Origin: Candidatus Anstonellaceae archaeon
Lineage (GTDB): Archaea > Micrarchaeota > Micrarchaeia > Anstonellales > Anstonellaceae
Direction: 5' to 3'
NCBI GenBank assembly: GCA_038887295.1
Contig: JAWAKW010000001.1
Coordinates: forward strand, 366,359 to 430,358
Length of the DNA stretch: 64,000 nucleotides
Shown: in pieces, positions 8,766-16,934 of the stretch
How the letters are laid out: the number at the start of each line of letters is the position of its first letter
How positions within the stretch are numbered: the first letter of the stretch is position 1
Position numbers and translations under genes: made by a program
Notes under the pieces: model-generated
What the model saw: only the letters and a program-made list of their open reading frames with translations
Database searches by the model: none
What the model was told of the DNA's origin: nothing

Positions 8766-10999
8766 GGCAGATTTTTTTCATTGCAGCTTTTTTCTTGCTT
8801 TTTGGATGCACCTTCAATATTCCGCCAGAGCAAAAATTTGTCTCTGCAGATTTGACTCTTGCAAGATTTTCGCCGCAAAATGAGATGGCGTGCCAGCCGC
8901 TTGATGACCCAAAGCCTTGCTATTGCATGGTATGTCAAAACACCACAAGCTGGCTCGGCCTTTTTGATAAAGTGAAATTCTTGTCTTCATGGTTTGATTC
9001 CAATCTTTACGAGGGCAAATGCGAATTTAGGCATTGCAATCTTTCTGATATGGTAAATTTCATCGAACAGGACAAAAACACACAGCTTCGCTCCTTTATG
9101 CTGGGCGGAGGACCCACTCATTCTGCGGTGGATTTGGCGAATACTTATTGCAACTACTCCCTTCAGTTTTCAACCAAATGGCTAATAGGCACACAAACAG
9201 TATCTCCTCCAATTCCAAAGAAGACACAGGCAAAATGCTGGCTGGAGCGCAATATCTTGCCTTTCTATATTTATTTTACAGAAGGAAAAAACATTGACCC
9301 TGTGAGAACAGGGGAGATTGCAAAGGCTTTGAATGGCACAGGCCCTGTGTTTTTGACCACTGAAGCCTGGCTTGATCCAAGAGACCCCTTCTCAGTACAA
9401 AAAGTCAAGGAACAAATTGACCAAATAAAAGCAAACTGCAACAAATGCCTTGTCGTATTGATGCTTAATGGGACTACAGCCGATCGCAAAGCACTCCTCA
9501 AAGAATTTTTTGGTACAGGGGATATAAAGACAGGGGCGGGCTTTAGCCAATATTATAAAAAAGTAGACGTTGTTGGGTTCGGAATACTTGCAAATGATTA
9601 TCCAACTTGTAATCCAGTAGATGTAATCGGGGAGAATTTCCTTTTTTCTCGCTTCGTCCTCAAGAATTATTCCAAGCCAACTATCTGGCTTTATGTCGGC
9701 GTTAGCAAAGGCAACAACAGCTTCAACAGTTGTACGTGGACAGACTCCCAAATCCATCTTTTCTACCAGCAGCTTTTTGCAAGCACACAGGCAATGGCAA
9801 GTTCAGGTGTGATTGGGATTGGCTTCTATGAGTTTTCAGATCACTCCGGCCCTATTCCCTGCGACAATAGGACAAAAGGCTGCGAGTTTGGCTTTTTGGA
9901 CGTTTTTGGCAACCAAAAGCACCCTGTGCTAAACAGCTGGTCTTCCCTCTGCCAATATTTTGGCACAGAGCAGTTCAGAAGCCTGCTTATTTTCTCAAGA
10001 AATGGATACGGCTCTGTATGCGACCCGGGGCAGCTTCAAAACAACAAGATGTTCCGTGCAATTTCTCTTGAAATAAACAGCCCCAAGCAGCCCTCATACT
10101 CTTTCGTGGCGCCTGCTCCAAAGCAAAAATACATCCGGTGCGGAGACATCTGCGTTTCTGATGTTCCCCTAAAGGATTGGACGATTTTTGATAACACCAA
10201 CAAGCAATTTGATTCCTCACATTGTGACATTTATTCATTTATAGAGGAAGAAGCAGATAAAAAGGAAATCAGCGCACTCTTTTTCAGGGCAATTATAGAG
10301 CAAGAAAGCAATTTTGACAAATTCGCTGTTTCATGCATCTCCAAAGACTCACCAAACTGCAACACGGCCAACCTCACTGTTGCTGAGATTTGCAGGCTTG
10401 CAGGCATGCCAGACGATTGTGGCCGGGTTCCTGGCACGTATTGGAACGATGCCCAGATCCATTCAGAATGCCCACCACACATGAAGCCATGTGCCTTCGG
10501 GCTTGCACAATGCATTGCTTATCCTGGTGCTTATTATGTCCAAAATAATCTTGCAATGCCGCCAGAGATTAGAAATTGCGGGAAAAGCAAGTCAGGAAAA
10601 GACTACAATCCATTTGACCCTTATGATAGCGTCTGCTGCGGTACCTCACTTTTCAAGTATATGCTCGATTTCCATCCTTCTACTGGCTGGTCTTTTGTGA
10701 ATAGACACTGGAATTCGCTGACAGAATGCACTGGCGGGGTAAAAGATGATAAGGGCTGGCTTGCTTATCTTCTTGCTGCAGAAACTTACTATGGTCATCT
10801 GCCGCCAAGTATCTCTTCGTTTCTTTCACAAAGAGACCAAAATGGCAAATGTCAAGGAATTCAGCATTATGTAGATTACATGCGCTCTGTAGGGCACGTA
10901 TATTCTATGGATGTAATGTCGCGCTACCTTGATGCAATAGAAAAATGTGGGGCAGAATGCCCTGGCAAAGAGATGCAAATCATTGCCCAGCAGCCGTAA
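8762..10999 (+). CDS. Cys-rich lipoprotein with putative glycoside-hydrolase-like N-terminal region and C-terminal lytic transglycosylase (SLT)-like domain
   Basis: Lipobox LLLFGC; RAIIEQESNFDKFAVS (catalytic E-S motif), AFGLAQ (GLMQ-like), NPFDPYDSVCCGT; ATGA overlap with the giant protein gene. Confidence 0.7.
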   Translation: MRQIFFIAAFFLLFGCTFNIPPEQKFVSADLTLARFSPQNEMACQPLDDPKPCYCMVCQNTTSWLGLFDKVKFLSSWFDSNLYEGKCEFRHCNLSDMVNFIEQDKNTQLRSFMLGGGPTHSAVDLANTYCNYSLQFSTKWLIGTQTVSPPIPKKTQAKCWLERNILPFYIYFTEGKNIDPVRTGEIAKALNGTGPVFLTTEAWLDPRDPFSVQKVKEQIDQIKANCNKCLVVLMLNGTTADRKALLKEFFGTGDIKTGAGFSQYYKKVDVVGFGILANDYPTCNPVDVIGENFLFSRFVLKNYSKPTIWLYVGVSKGNNSFNSCTWTDSQIHLFYQQLFASTQAMASSGVIGIGFYEFSDHSGPIPCDNRTKGCEFGFLDVFGNQKHPVLNSWSSLCQYFGTEQFRSLLIFSRNGYGSVCDPGQLQNNKMFRAISLEINSPKQPSYSFVAPAPKQKYIRCGDICVSDVPLKDWTIFDNTNKQFDSSHCDIYSFIEEEADKKEISALFFRAIIEQESNFDKFAVSCISKDSPNCNTANLTVAEICRLAGMPDDCGRVPGTYWNDAQIHSECPPHMKPCAFGLAQCIAYPGAYYVQNNLAMPPEIRNCGKSKSGKDYNPFDPYDSVCCGTSLFKYMLDFHPSTGWSFVNRHWNSLTECTGGVKDDKGWLAYLLAAETYYGHLPPSISSFLSQRDQNGKCQGIQHYVDYMRSVGHVYSMDVMSRYLDAIEKCGAECPGKEMQIIAQQP

Positions 11000-11000
11000 A

Positions 11001-11429
11001 TTACTTTGTTTTCAAGCTTTCCCTTGCCCTTTCAAGCTCAATTGCCTGCTTTGCACGCATGATGTCTTTGGGGAAGTGCCTGCCGCGCATCATAAAGTTG
11101 CGCTCATAGGTTTTTGCCTCAAATTTGGATGCAATTATTTCTGCTCCGGATTCTATATCAAATTCTTTGCAAGAGAAAATGTCCACGCTTGCAAAGTTCT
11201 TCTCGGGGAAAGTATGGATGCTGATGTGAGATTCTGCAATCAGCACGATGCCCGACACCCCCCAATCCTCGGGCTTCACGCCGCTGTATGTGAACGTGTA
11301 TGGCGGCATAATCTTGGTCATCCCAATCATTTCAGGGAACTCATTCAAAAAATTGTAAATGAAATTCACATCCTTCAGCTTCTTTTTGTTGCATCCATAC
11401 ATGTCCAAAGTCAAATGTGGTCCAAACAT
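11001..11429 (-). CDS. speD: Pyruvoyl-dependent S-adenosylmethionine decarboxylase proenzyme (SpeD/SpeH family; arginine decarboxylase specificity not excluded)
   Basis: GPHLTLD...GVSGIVLIAESHISIHTFPE...VDIFSC, with the E|S self-cleavage site. Confidence 0.9.
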   Translation of the reverse strand: MFGPHLTLDMYGCNKKKLKDVNFIYNFLNEFPEMIGMTKIMPPYTFTYSGVKPEDWGVSGIVLIAESHISIHTFPEKNFASVDIFSCKEFDIESGAEIIASKFEAKTYERNFMMRGRHFPKDIMRAKQAIELERARESLKTK

Positions 11430-11504
11430 TTGTGTAGTCCTCCCCTCCCCCCGTCAGAAGGCAAAAGCCTCCAATAGGGGAAACGTGGTTTTTATGTGGT
11501 GCAT
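11430..11504 (-). promoter_or_regulatory. Structured speD 5' leader (hairpin next to the SD) and possible 16-codon uORF
   Basis: Minus strand reads TTTCCCC-TATT-GGAGGC-TTTT-GCCTTC-TGAC-GGGGGGA-GGGGAGG-ACTACACAA-ATG. Confidence 0.45.
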
Positions 11505-11743
11505 TACTATATTTAAGCTTTTCTATTTTTTGTAAGAAAAAAGCATTTTTAATCAGTTTTAATCAAAAAATGAGATCTTATAGCGCTTTTTTTTAAAAAA
11601 ACAACTCTAATATCAATTTTATTTAAATTAAATTCGCTAATAGGCTCTTTAAGTAATTTAAATTTATTTTTCCTCTTTTTTTAAAAAATCAGCGGACTAA
11701 TGTCAATTTTGGAAGCTTTTTGGCATCTTATATCTTATTTTTT

Positions 11744-12109
11744 TCATTCAACGTCGAAAAAATTTTTTGTTCCGTTTGGAACTTTTTGTTTTTGTATCTT
11801 CCTATCTGTACCCTTCAAAGTCCCTGATACCACTTCAGGCTCCATTCTCGCAGGCGAATTTTCATACTCGGCAAAACAAGCCATGCAAAATATCACATCA
11901 TAAAGCTTGCTTCGCTCGCAGCGCAAAACCCCTCTTCCGCCGCTGTATTTTACAAGCTTAAAGCCAATCAGGCTAATCCCCAACTCTCCAAAAAAAGATA
12001 AGAAATGCTGGTAAATTGCCTTTTTTGCAATTTCCTCCTGCGGCGCAGTTCCACCTATGCTCATCTTGAAGCGTATATATCTTTTCTTGAATGCCTGAGC
12101 AGTTTTCAC
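11744..12109 (-). CDS. rnp2: RNase P protein component 2 (Pop5/Rpp14)
   Basis: KKRYIRF...FFGELG...GVLRCER...VSGTLK; located next to Rpp30 and eL15. Confidence 0.85.
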   Translation of the reverse strand: MKTAQAFKKRYIRFKMSIGGTAPQEEIAKKAIYQHFLSFFGELGISLIGFKLVKYSGGRGVLRCERSKLYDVIFCMACFAEYENSPARMEPEVVSGTLKGTDRKIQKQKVPNGTKNFFDVE

Positions 12110-12543
12110 TTCACTTCACCGATAAGTTTGCTGGCAAGCTTTTTTGAAAACTCAATTTCATGAGGTGTCATCCCCAAAACCCTCATGAGAGCCTCAAGTT
12201 CCTTTTCATTTCTCAGCATCATCTGGTTTTGCGCAAGCGTCCCAAAAACAGCTCCGCAGCCAGTTTTTTTACACATCTGGCTTGCAATCCTCATCTTGGA
12301 GATTGTAATCCCTCTTTGAAATCCCTTCTGCTTGATTATATCTGAAAATGAGAAAAAGACTGCACCCCCAAGCTTTGCAAGGTTTTTCAGCTCGCCTTCT
12401 TCAAATTCGTATGTCTCCCTGTATATGATGCATTTTTTTTGGGATTTTTTTTCGGTTGTGAAGCTTTTCAGCCTCCTTATGTCCACCAACTTCTCAATAC
12501 CTTTCAGAGGCTGCAGCCCCTCTGCCAGTACAAAATCCAGCAT
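12106..12543 (-). CDS. rnp3: RNase P protein component 3 (Rpp30)-like, short
   Basis: C-terminal half resembles Rpp30 (FSFSDII...MLRNEKEL..LMRVLGM); conserved order rpl15e-rnp3-rnp2. Confidence 0.6.
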   Translation of the reverse strand: MLDFVLAEGLQPLKGIEKLVDIRRLKSFTTEKKSQKKCIIYRETYEFEEGELKNLAKLGGAVFFSFSDIIKQKGFQRGITISKMRIASQMCKKTGCGAVFGTLAQNQMMLRNEKELEALMRVLGMTPHEIEFSKKLASKLIGEVK

Positions 12544-12555
12544 TCAGCTCACTTT

Positions 12556-13032
12556 CTAAATGTTCCTCCCTTTTTTCCCTGCAGAAGTCAAGCCCCTAAA
12601 TGCCCTTCCTCGCTGTATATTTGGCAATACTCTCCTTTCAACAAGGATGACCTCAAAATACTTCTTAGTGCCATCCTGCCCTACCCAATAAGAATTGAGG
12701 ACTTCGCAGTTTGAAAACTTCCTTGCAGCCTTCTCCTCTGCTATCCGCTGAAGAGACTTCCCCGGCGAAAGGTACGCCACATTTTTTGCAGGCTTTCGGC
12801 CGCCCCTCGGGTGCCTTCTTTTCCTGGAGCCCCTGCCAACCGCAACGCGCACCATGATGTACCCTTCTTTTGCTTTGTATCCAAGCGAGCGCGCACGGGC
12901 AAGGTTGGTAGGCCGCTCAATCCTTACTACTGTGCCTTCCTTTCTCCATTGCTGCAGCCTTTTTCTGTATGCTTCTGACCTGGTTTTATACTCCTGCTGG
13001 AAAGCTTCCTGTATATATTTGTACATTCCCAC
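12556..13032 (-). CDS. rpl15e: 50S ribosomal protein L15e
   Basis: MGMYKY...[21 protein letters not shown]...[10 protein letters not shown]...RGLTSAGKK; GTG start at 13032 after a GGTGA SD. Confidence 0.95.
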   Translation of the reverse strand: MGMYKYIQEAFQQEYKTRSEAYRKRLQQWRKEGTVVRIERPTNLARARSLGYKAKEGYIMVRVAVGRGSRKRRHPRGGRKPAKNVAYLSPGKSLQRIAEEKAARKFSNCEVLNSYWVGQDGTKKYFEVILVERRVLPNIQRGRAFRGLTSAGKKGRNI

Positions 13033-13103
13033 AAAATCACCGCACTGCTTCGGTTCGGGCAGCAACCCCCACATCCCAAAGCATCAGCCTTTCTGTGCAA
13101 AAC

Positions 13104-14033
13104 CTATAATAAACCTTGCCCTTTTTGCACCACAAATTGCCTTTCTTTGTAGATTATTGCATCCCCGCTTGCAAAGCGCTCACCTATCCTTAAGCGTATG
13201 TATCCATCCTCACCCTGCTGATACGCACCAACCAAAATCGCCTCTCCCTTTGCTGCCTTCATCACATAAGGCTCAAGTCCCAAGGCAAGGTCTGCAAATG
13301 CATATTTTACTGCATCTGTAAGGGGAAGCCGAATCTCGTTTGCTTCGCCCAAGAAAGTCAGATGCTTGAAATCCAGCACGATTTTGCCTTCTTTTTGCCT
13401 CTCCATCACTTCCTCCATTCTTGTACGCATTTGTGCAATTGGTTTTCTAAGCCTCCTTTTTGTAAGCTCAACTATAGCCTTTACAACGCCTGATTTGATT
13501 TTTGCAAGCTTAGTTTTTGCCTTTTGCAGCCGCCTGCGGTGCTCTTTTTTTGGAGCTGCCAGCGCTGCATGAAGCCTTTCCAGCTTTGCCTTGCAAAGCC
13601 GAGCTTCACGTTCAAATTTTTCAAGCAAGCCTTCAACATTGATTATTTCTCCTTCTGCAATCTCTTGCCTCGCCCTCTCCAAATAACCTTTCAGCCTTTC
13701 TATCTTCTTTTTGCTTTCCTCAAATCCTTCAGCCCACTCTTCTGCAATTTCAGAAGCTGAGGCAGCTATTGCCAACTGATGCATCGTATCAATCTCATCC
13801 TCGATTTTGTCAGCAACTATTGTCACTTCGTTTAGCTGTAAGTCGTTTTCAATGGCCCGCTGCCAGTCAATCCTTTTCAGCTGCTCTTCTACTTTTTCAA
13901 TTTTTGAGTAAAATTCCGGAGCTTTTTGCGAAAGAAAAACGAATTGTTCAAGCGCAGAATCCGCCATCCTTTCAAGAGCCTCAAGCTCAATGGTGCACTC
14001 TTCGATTTTGCTTCCTCTTGCCTGGACTGGCAT
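13104..14033 (-). CDS. Hypothetical coiled-coil protein
   Basis: 309 aa, E/K-rich heptad pattern with a small C-terminal alpha/beta-like region; co-oriented with rtcB. Confidence 0.7.
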   Translation of the reverse strand: MPVQARGSKIEECTIELEALERMADSALEQFVFLSQKAPEFYSKIEKVEEQLKRIDWQRAIENDLQLNEVTIVADKIEDEIDTMHQLAIAASASEIAEEWAEGFEESKKKIERLKGYLERARQEIAEGEIINVEGLLEKFEREARLCKAKLERLHAALAAPKKEHRRRLQKAKTKLAKIKSGVVKAIVELTKRRLRKPIAQMRTRMEEVMERQKEGKIVLDFKHLTFLGEANEIRLPLTDAVKYAFADLALGLEPYVMKAAKGEAILVGAYQQGEDGYIRLRIGERFASGDAIIYKERQFVVQKGQGLL

Positions 14034-14066
14034 GGAATTTTTGTAGCAGCCGAGATTTATTAAGTT

Positions 14067-15494
14067 TTAGCCTTTGACCACGCCAATTGGAACTAGCCTA
14101 GCAACAATATCGCTTAAGCCTGCCTTCTGCACAGAGGCGACCACGTCGTCCACGTTTTTGTAAGCTTCCGGCGCTTCTTCCGCAAGCAGCTCAAATTCTG
14201 TTGCCTTCACCATAATCCCTTTTTGCATCAGGCTGCTTTGTATCTCTTTTCCGCTCCAGGTTTTGACTGCTTTGCTTCTGCTCATTGACCTGCCTGCGCC
14301 ATGGCAGGAAGAGCCCCAAGAATTCTGCATCGCACCTCGCTTTCCTACAAGCACATAGGATGCAGTCCCCATGCTTCCAGGAATCAAAACCGGCTGGCCT
14401 ATCTCCCTATAGTAATCAGGCAATTCCTTTCTGCCCGCAGCAAATGCCCTTGTGGCTCCTTTTCTGTGCACACAAAGCTTCATCCTTTTTCCATCCACTT
14501 CATGCTCTTCGAATTTTGCTATGTTGTGGCAAACATCATATATCAACGGCATCTGGTCACTTGTGCCTTTTCCGAAAACTTCGTCAAAAGTCTGCCTTAC
14601 CCAATGCATCATCACATGCCTGTTGCAAAACGCATAGTTTACAGCGCAATACATTGCCTTGATGTATCTTTCTGCCTCAGGAGAATTTATCGGCGCGCAG
14701 CACAGTTCTGGGTCTGGAAGCTCTATGCCATATTTTCTTGAGGCAGCAATCATTTGCCTTAGGTAGTCATCGCATACTTGATGGCCAAATCCTCTTGAGC
14801 CGCAGTGTATCATTACCACTATCTTGCCCTCTTCAAGGCCGAATTTTTTTGCAACCTCGGGCTGGAAAATTTGCTGGACCTCTTGAAGCTCCACAAAATG
14901 GTTCCCTGCCCCTACGGTTCCAAATTGCGGTAAGCCTCTGCTTTTTGCCTTATCAGAAACAGCTGATGGGTCTGCGCCCTCCATTTTCCCGTTTTCTTCA
15001 GTCCTTTCTTTGTCCTTGCGTGTCCCAAAGCCATTGCGTATTGCCCAATCCACTCCCTCAACTACAGCTTCGTCCAATTCCTGCACTTTCAGTCTCAGCT
15101 TGCCTTTTGATCCGACGCCAGATGGCACGTTCTTGAAAAGAAGGTCAATCAGCTGCCTCTTTTTTTCTTCCACCTCTTTCCTTACAAGTGGAGTGGCAAT
15201 CAGCCTCACCCCGCAGTTAATATCGTACCCTACTCCCCCAGGTGAAATTACGCCTTCTTCCACGTCAAATGCAGCGACCCCACCTATAGGGAAACCATAA
15301 CCTTCATGGCCGTCCGGCATCAGCAAAGAGTGTTTCACTATGCCCGGCAAGCACGCAACATTTTTCAGCTGCTCAAATGTCCTGTCTTTTCCCATTCCTG
15401 CAAAGACTTCCTGCGTTGCAAAGACTCTTGCAGATACCCTCATTTTGCCTTCTTTTTCAATCTCCCAAATTGCAGGTGCTATTTGCTGCGCCAT
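14067..15494 (-). CDS. rtcB: RNA-splicing ligase RtcB
   Basis: MPDGHEGYGFPIGG, GVGYDINCG, GAGNHFVE, HRKGATRA, SCHGAGR, EEAPEAYK. Confidence 0.97.
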   Translation of the reverse strand: MAQQIAPAIWEIEKEGKMRVSARVFATQEVFAGMGKDRTFEQLKNVACLPGIVKHSLLMPDGHEGYGFPIGGVAAFDVEEGVISPGGVGYDINCGVRLIATPLVRKEVEEKKRQLIDLLFKNVPSGVGSKGKLRLKVQELDEAVVEGVDWAIRNGFGTRKDKERTEENGKMEGADPSAVSDKAKSRGLPQFGTVGAGNHFVELQEVQQIFQPEVAKKFGLEEGKIVVMIHCGSRGFGHQVCDDYLRQMIAASRKYGIELPDPELCCAPINSPEAERYIKAMYCAVNYAFCNRHVMMHWVRQTFDEVFGKGTSDQMPLIYDVCHNIAKFEEHEVDGKRMKLCVHRKGATRAFAAGRKELPDYYREIGQPVLIPGSMGTASYVLVGKRGAMQNSWGSSCHGAGRSMSRSKAVKTWSGKEIQSSLMQKGIMVKATEFELLAEEAPEAYKNVDDVVASVQKAGLSDIVARLVPIGVVKG

Positions 15495-15503
15495 TTTCCC
15501 ACT

Positions 15504-16460
15504 TCAAGATGCTATCTCCTTTTTTATCTTCCAGAGGTGCTCTATGCGCTTTGCAGTAAGCGGGTGGGTCATGAAAAGCTCTACGATGCCGCCCTTTTTC
15601 TCTTTCTCCACAGCTTGAGCAAGGGTTGCAGCGTTATCTGCATCAATTGCTTTCATAACCTCAATAAAATCTGTTTTTGCAGCGGAGCTTTCTGCAAAAT
15701 AAAGCGCCTTCACCATGGATTGGCTATTTTCGCCAGAAGTCTTTACTCCATAGCTTATCTTTGCAAGCGCCCTCATCAAAGCTGCAGGGTTCCCAGTCAG
15801 CCGAGCAGAAAACTCATCAGCGTAGTATTCGCGCTGGCGCGAAAGCCACATGACCATCAGCTGCCCAATGAACTGCGCTACAAAAGCACCAAGGAAAGCA
15901 GCAAGCGTGTTTCTTCCCTCTCGATCATTTCCAAAAATCAGCACCCCGTAGTAAAGCGCAACCGGCAAAACAGAAGCCAGTGTCATTACAGCAACGTCGC
16001 GGTTGTTTATGTGCCCAAGTTCGTGGGCTATTACTCCCTCCACTTCCTCACGGTTCAGTACGGACAAAAGGCCAGTGTGGATAGCTATCCCAGAATCATT
16101 CTGCGTCCGTCCGAACGCAAACGCATTCGGGCTTGAGTCATTCACAAGATATATCTTTGGCATGGGCATTCCAGCTTTTTTGCTTAAGCGTTCTACCATT
16201 TCAAAAATCTGCGGAGCGTCCTCGTATTTTAGCTCTTTTGCACCAGTTGCAATCTTTATTATCGTAGGGCCAAAATACCACTGCACGCCGAGCATGAACA
16301 GCGAAACCATCAGCCAAAACATTATGCCTCCAGAGCCGCCTATCCCAGAAGCAACCAAAATCACACCAAGTATTCCGGCAACTAGACCAAATACCAGCAC
16401 GCTAGTCAAAAGTATCCGAAGCCGCAGTCCTATCCCTGGAGTAAATATTTTGCTGCTCAT
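15504..16460 (-). CDS. htpX: Membrane zinc metalloprotease HtpX (M48)
   Basis: PNAFAFG, AHELGHI, SRQREYYAD, FMTHP; N-terminal TM helices. Confidence 0.92.
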   Translation of the reverse strand: MSSKIFTPGIGLRLRILLTSVLVFGLVAGILGVILVASGIGGSGGIMFWLMVSLFMLGVQWYFGPTIIKIATGAKELKYEDAPQIFEMVERLSKKAGMPMPKIYLVNDSSPNAFAFGRTQNDSGIAIHTGLLSVLNREEVEGVIAHELGHINNRDVAVMTLASVLPVALYYGVLIFGNDREGRNTLAAFLGAFVAQFIGQLMVMWLSRQREYYADEFSARLTGNPAALMRALAKISYGVKTSGENSQSMVKALYFAESSAAKTDFIEVMKAIDADNAATLAQAVEKEKKGGIVELFMTHPLTAKRIEHLWKIKKEIAS

Positions 16461-16618
16461 AGCCTCTCACCCAGCACTTTAGTAGTATAACTAACCTTTT
16501 ATTATTATTTTCCCATATTCTGCGTTGCGCCCTTGTAGTCCAACCTGGATAGGACACGAGCCTCCGAATGACTCGGCTTCCAGGCGAAAGTTCGTAATCC
16601 GGGTTCAAATCCCTCCCT

Positions 16619-16697
16619 AGGGGGCACTTATGTTAACCTTAAAGCCCCCTGAGGGTTCACTCGGTAGGGGGCAACCAGAATAAAAGCAGCGCCCCCT
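16619..16697. repeat. Two copies, 47 bp apart, of AGGGGGC-N18-GCCCCCT
   Basis: 16619-16650 and 16666-16697; the loops differ in sequence but both are 18 nt; each copy is followed by a GTTCAC linker. Confidence 0.9.
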
Positions 16698-16810
16698 CAC
16701 CGTTCACCCCCGAATAGTAACTGCAGATTTTGGGGGGCAAGAAAGAGACCCATGTTGGCATTTGTTAAAAACATCAAAGGTTGCCTTTTGCCAACCTCAA
16801 ACTAGCAAAT

Positions 16811-16934
16811 CTGGTGTTGGCATTAGGGGTTGAGGAAAGGGGACAATAGAAACACTGGTGTTCCCCTTTCCACTGGTGTTTGCCTTAGGGGTTGAGGAAA
16901 GGGGACTGTGGATACTCTGGTGTTCCCCTTTCCA
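16811..16934. repeat. 62-bp tandem direct repeat, each unit containing GGAAAGGGGA-N18-TCCCCTTTCC
   Basis: Units 16811-16872 and 16873-16934; differences are concentrated in the loop. Confidence 0.92.

Noticed and set aside
11454-11456. Selenocysteine or readthrough extension of SpeD at the in-frame TGA
   Set aside because: SpeD is complete from ATG 11429 with its own SD, the extension resembles nothing I know, and there is no Sec evidence in the window.
10947-11477. 176-aa plus-strand ORF and the many other antisense or alternate-frame ORFs in the track (e.g. 15306-16136, 28146-28958, 34554-35309, 60105-60818)
   Set aside because: They are shadows of well-supported genes on the opposite strand or in another frame, with no recognisable motifs.
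16402-16608. 68-aa minus-strand ORF upstream of htpX
   Set aside because: It is the antisense of the tRNA-Arg 5' part and its promoter.
16855-16880. ORB/replication origin (minus strand CACCAGTGGAAAGGGG resembles TCCAGTGGAAA plus a G-string)
   Set aside because: Single partial match created by the repeat junction, inside a tRNA gene, with no adjacent cdc6 or AT-rich unwinding element.
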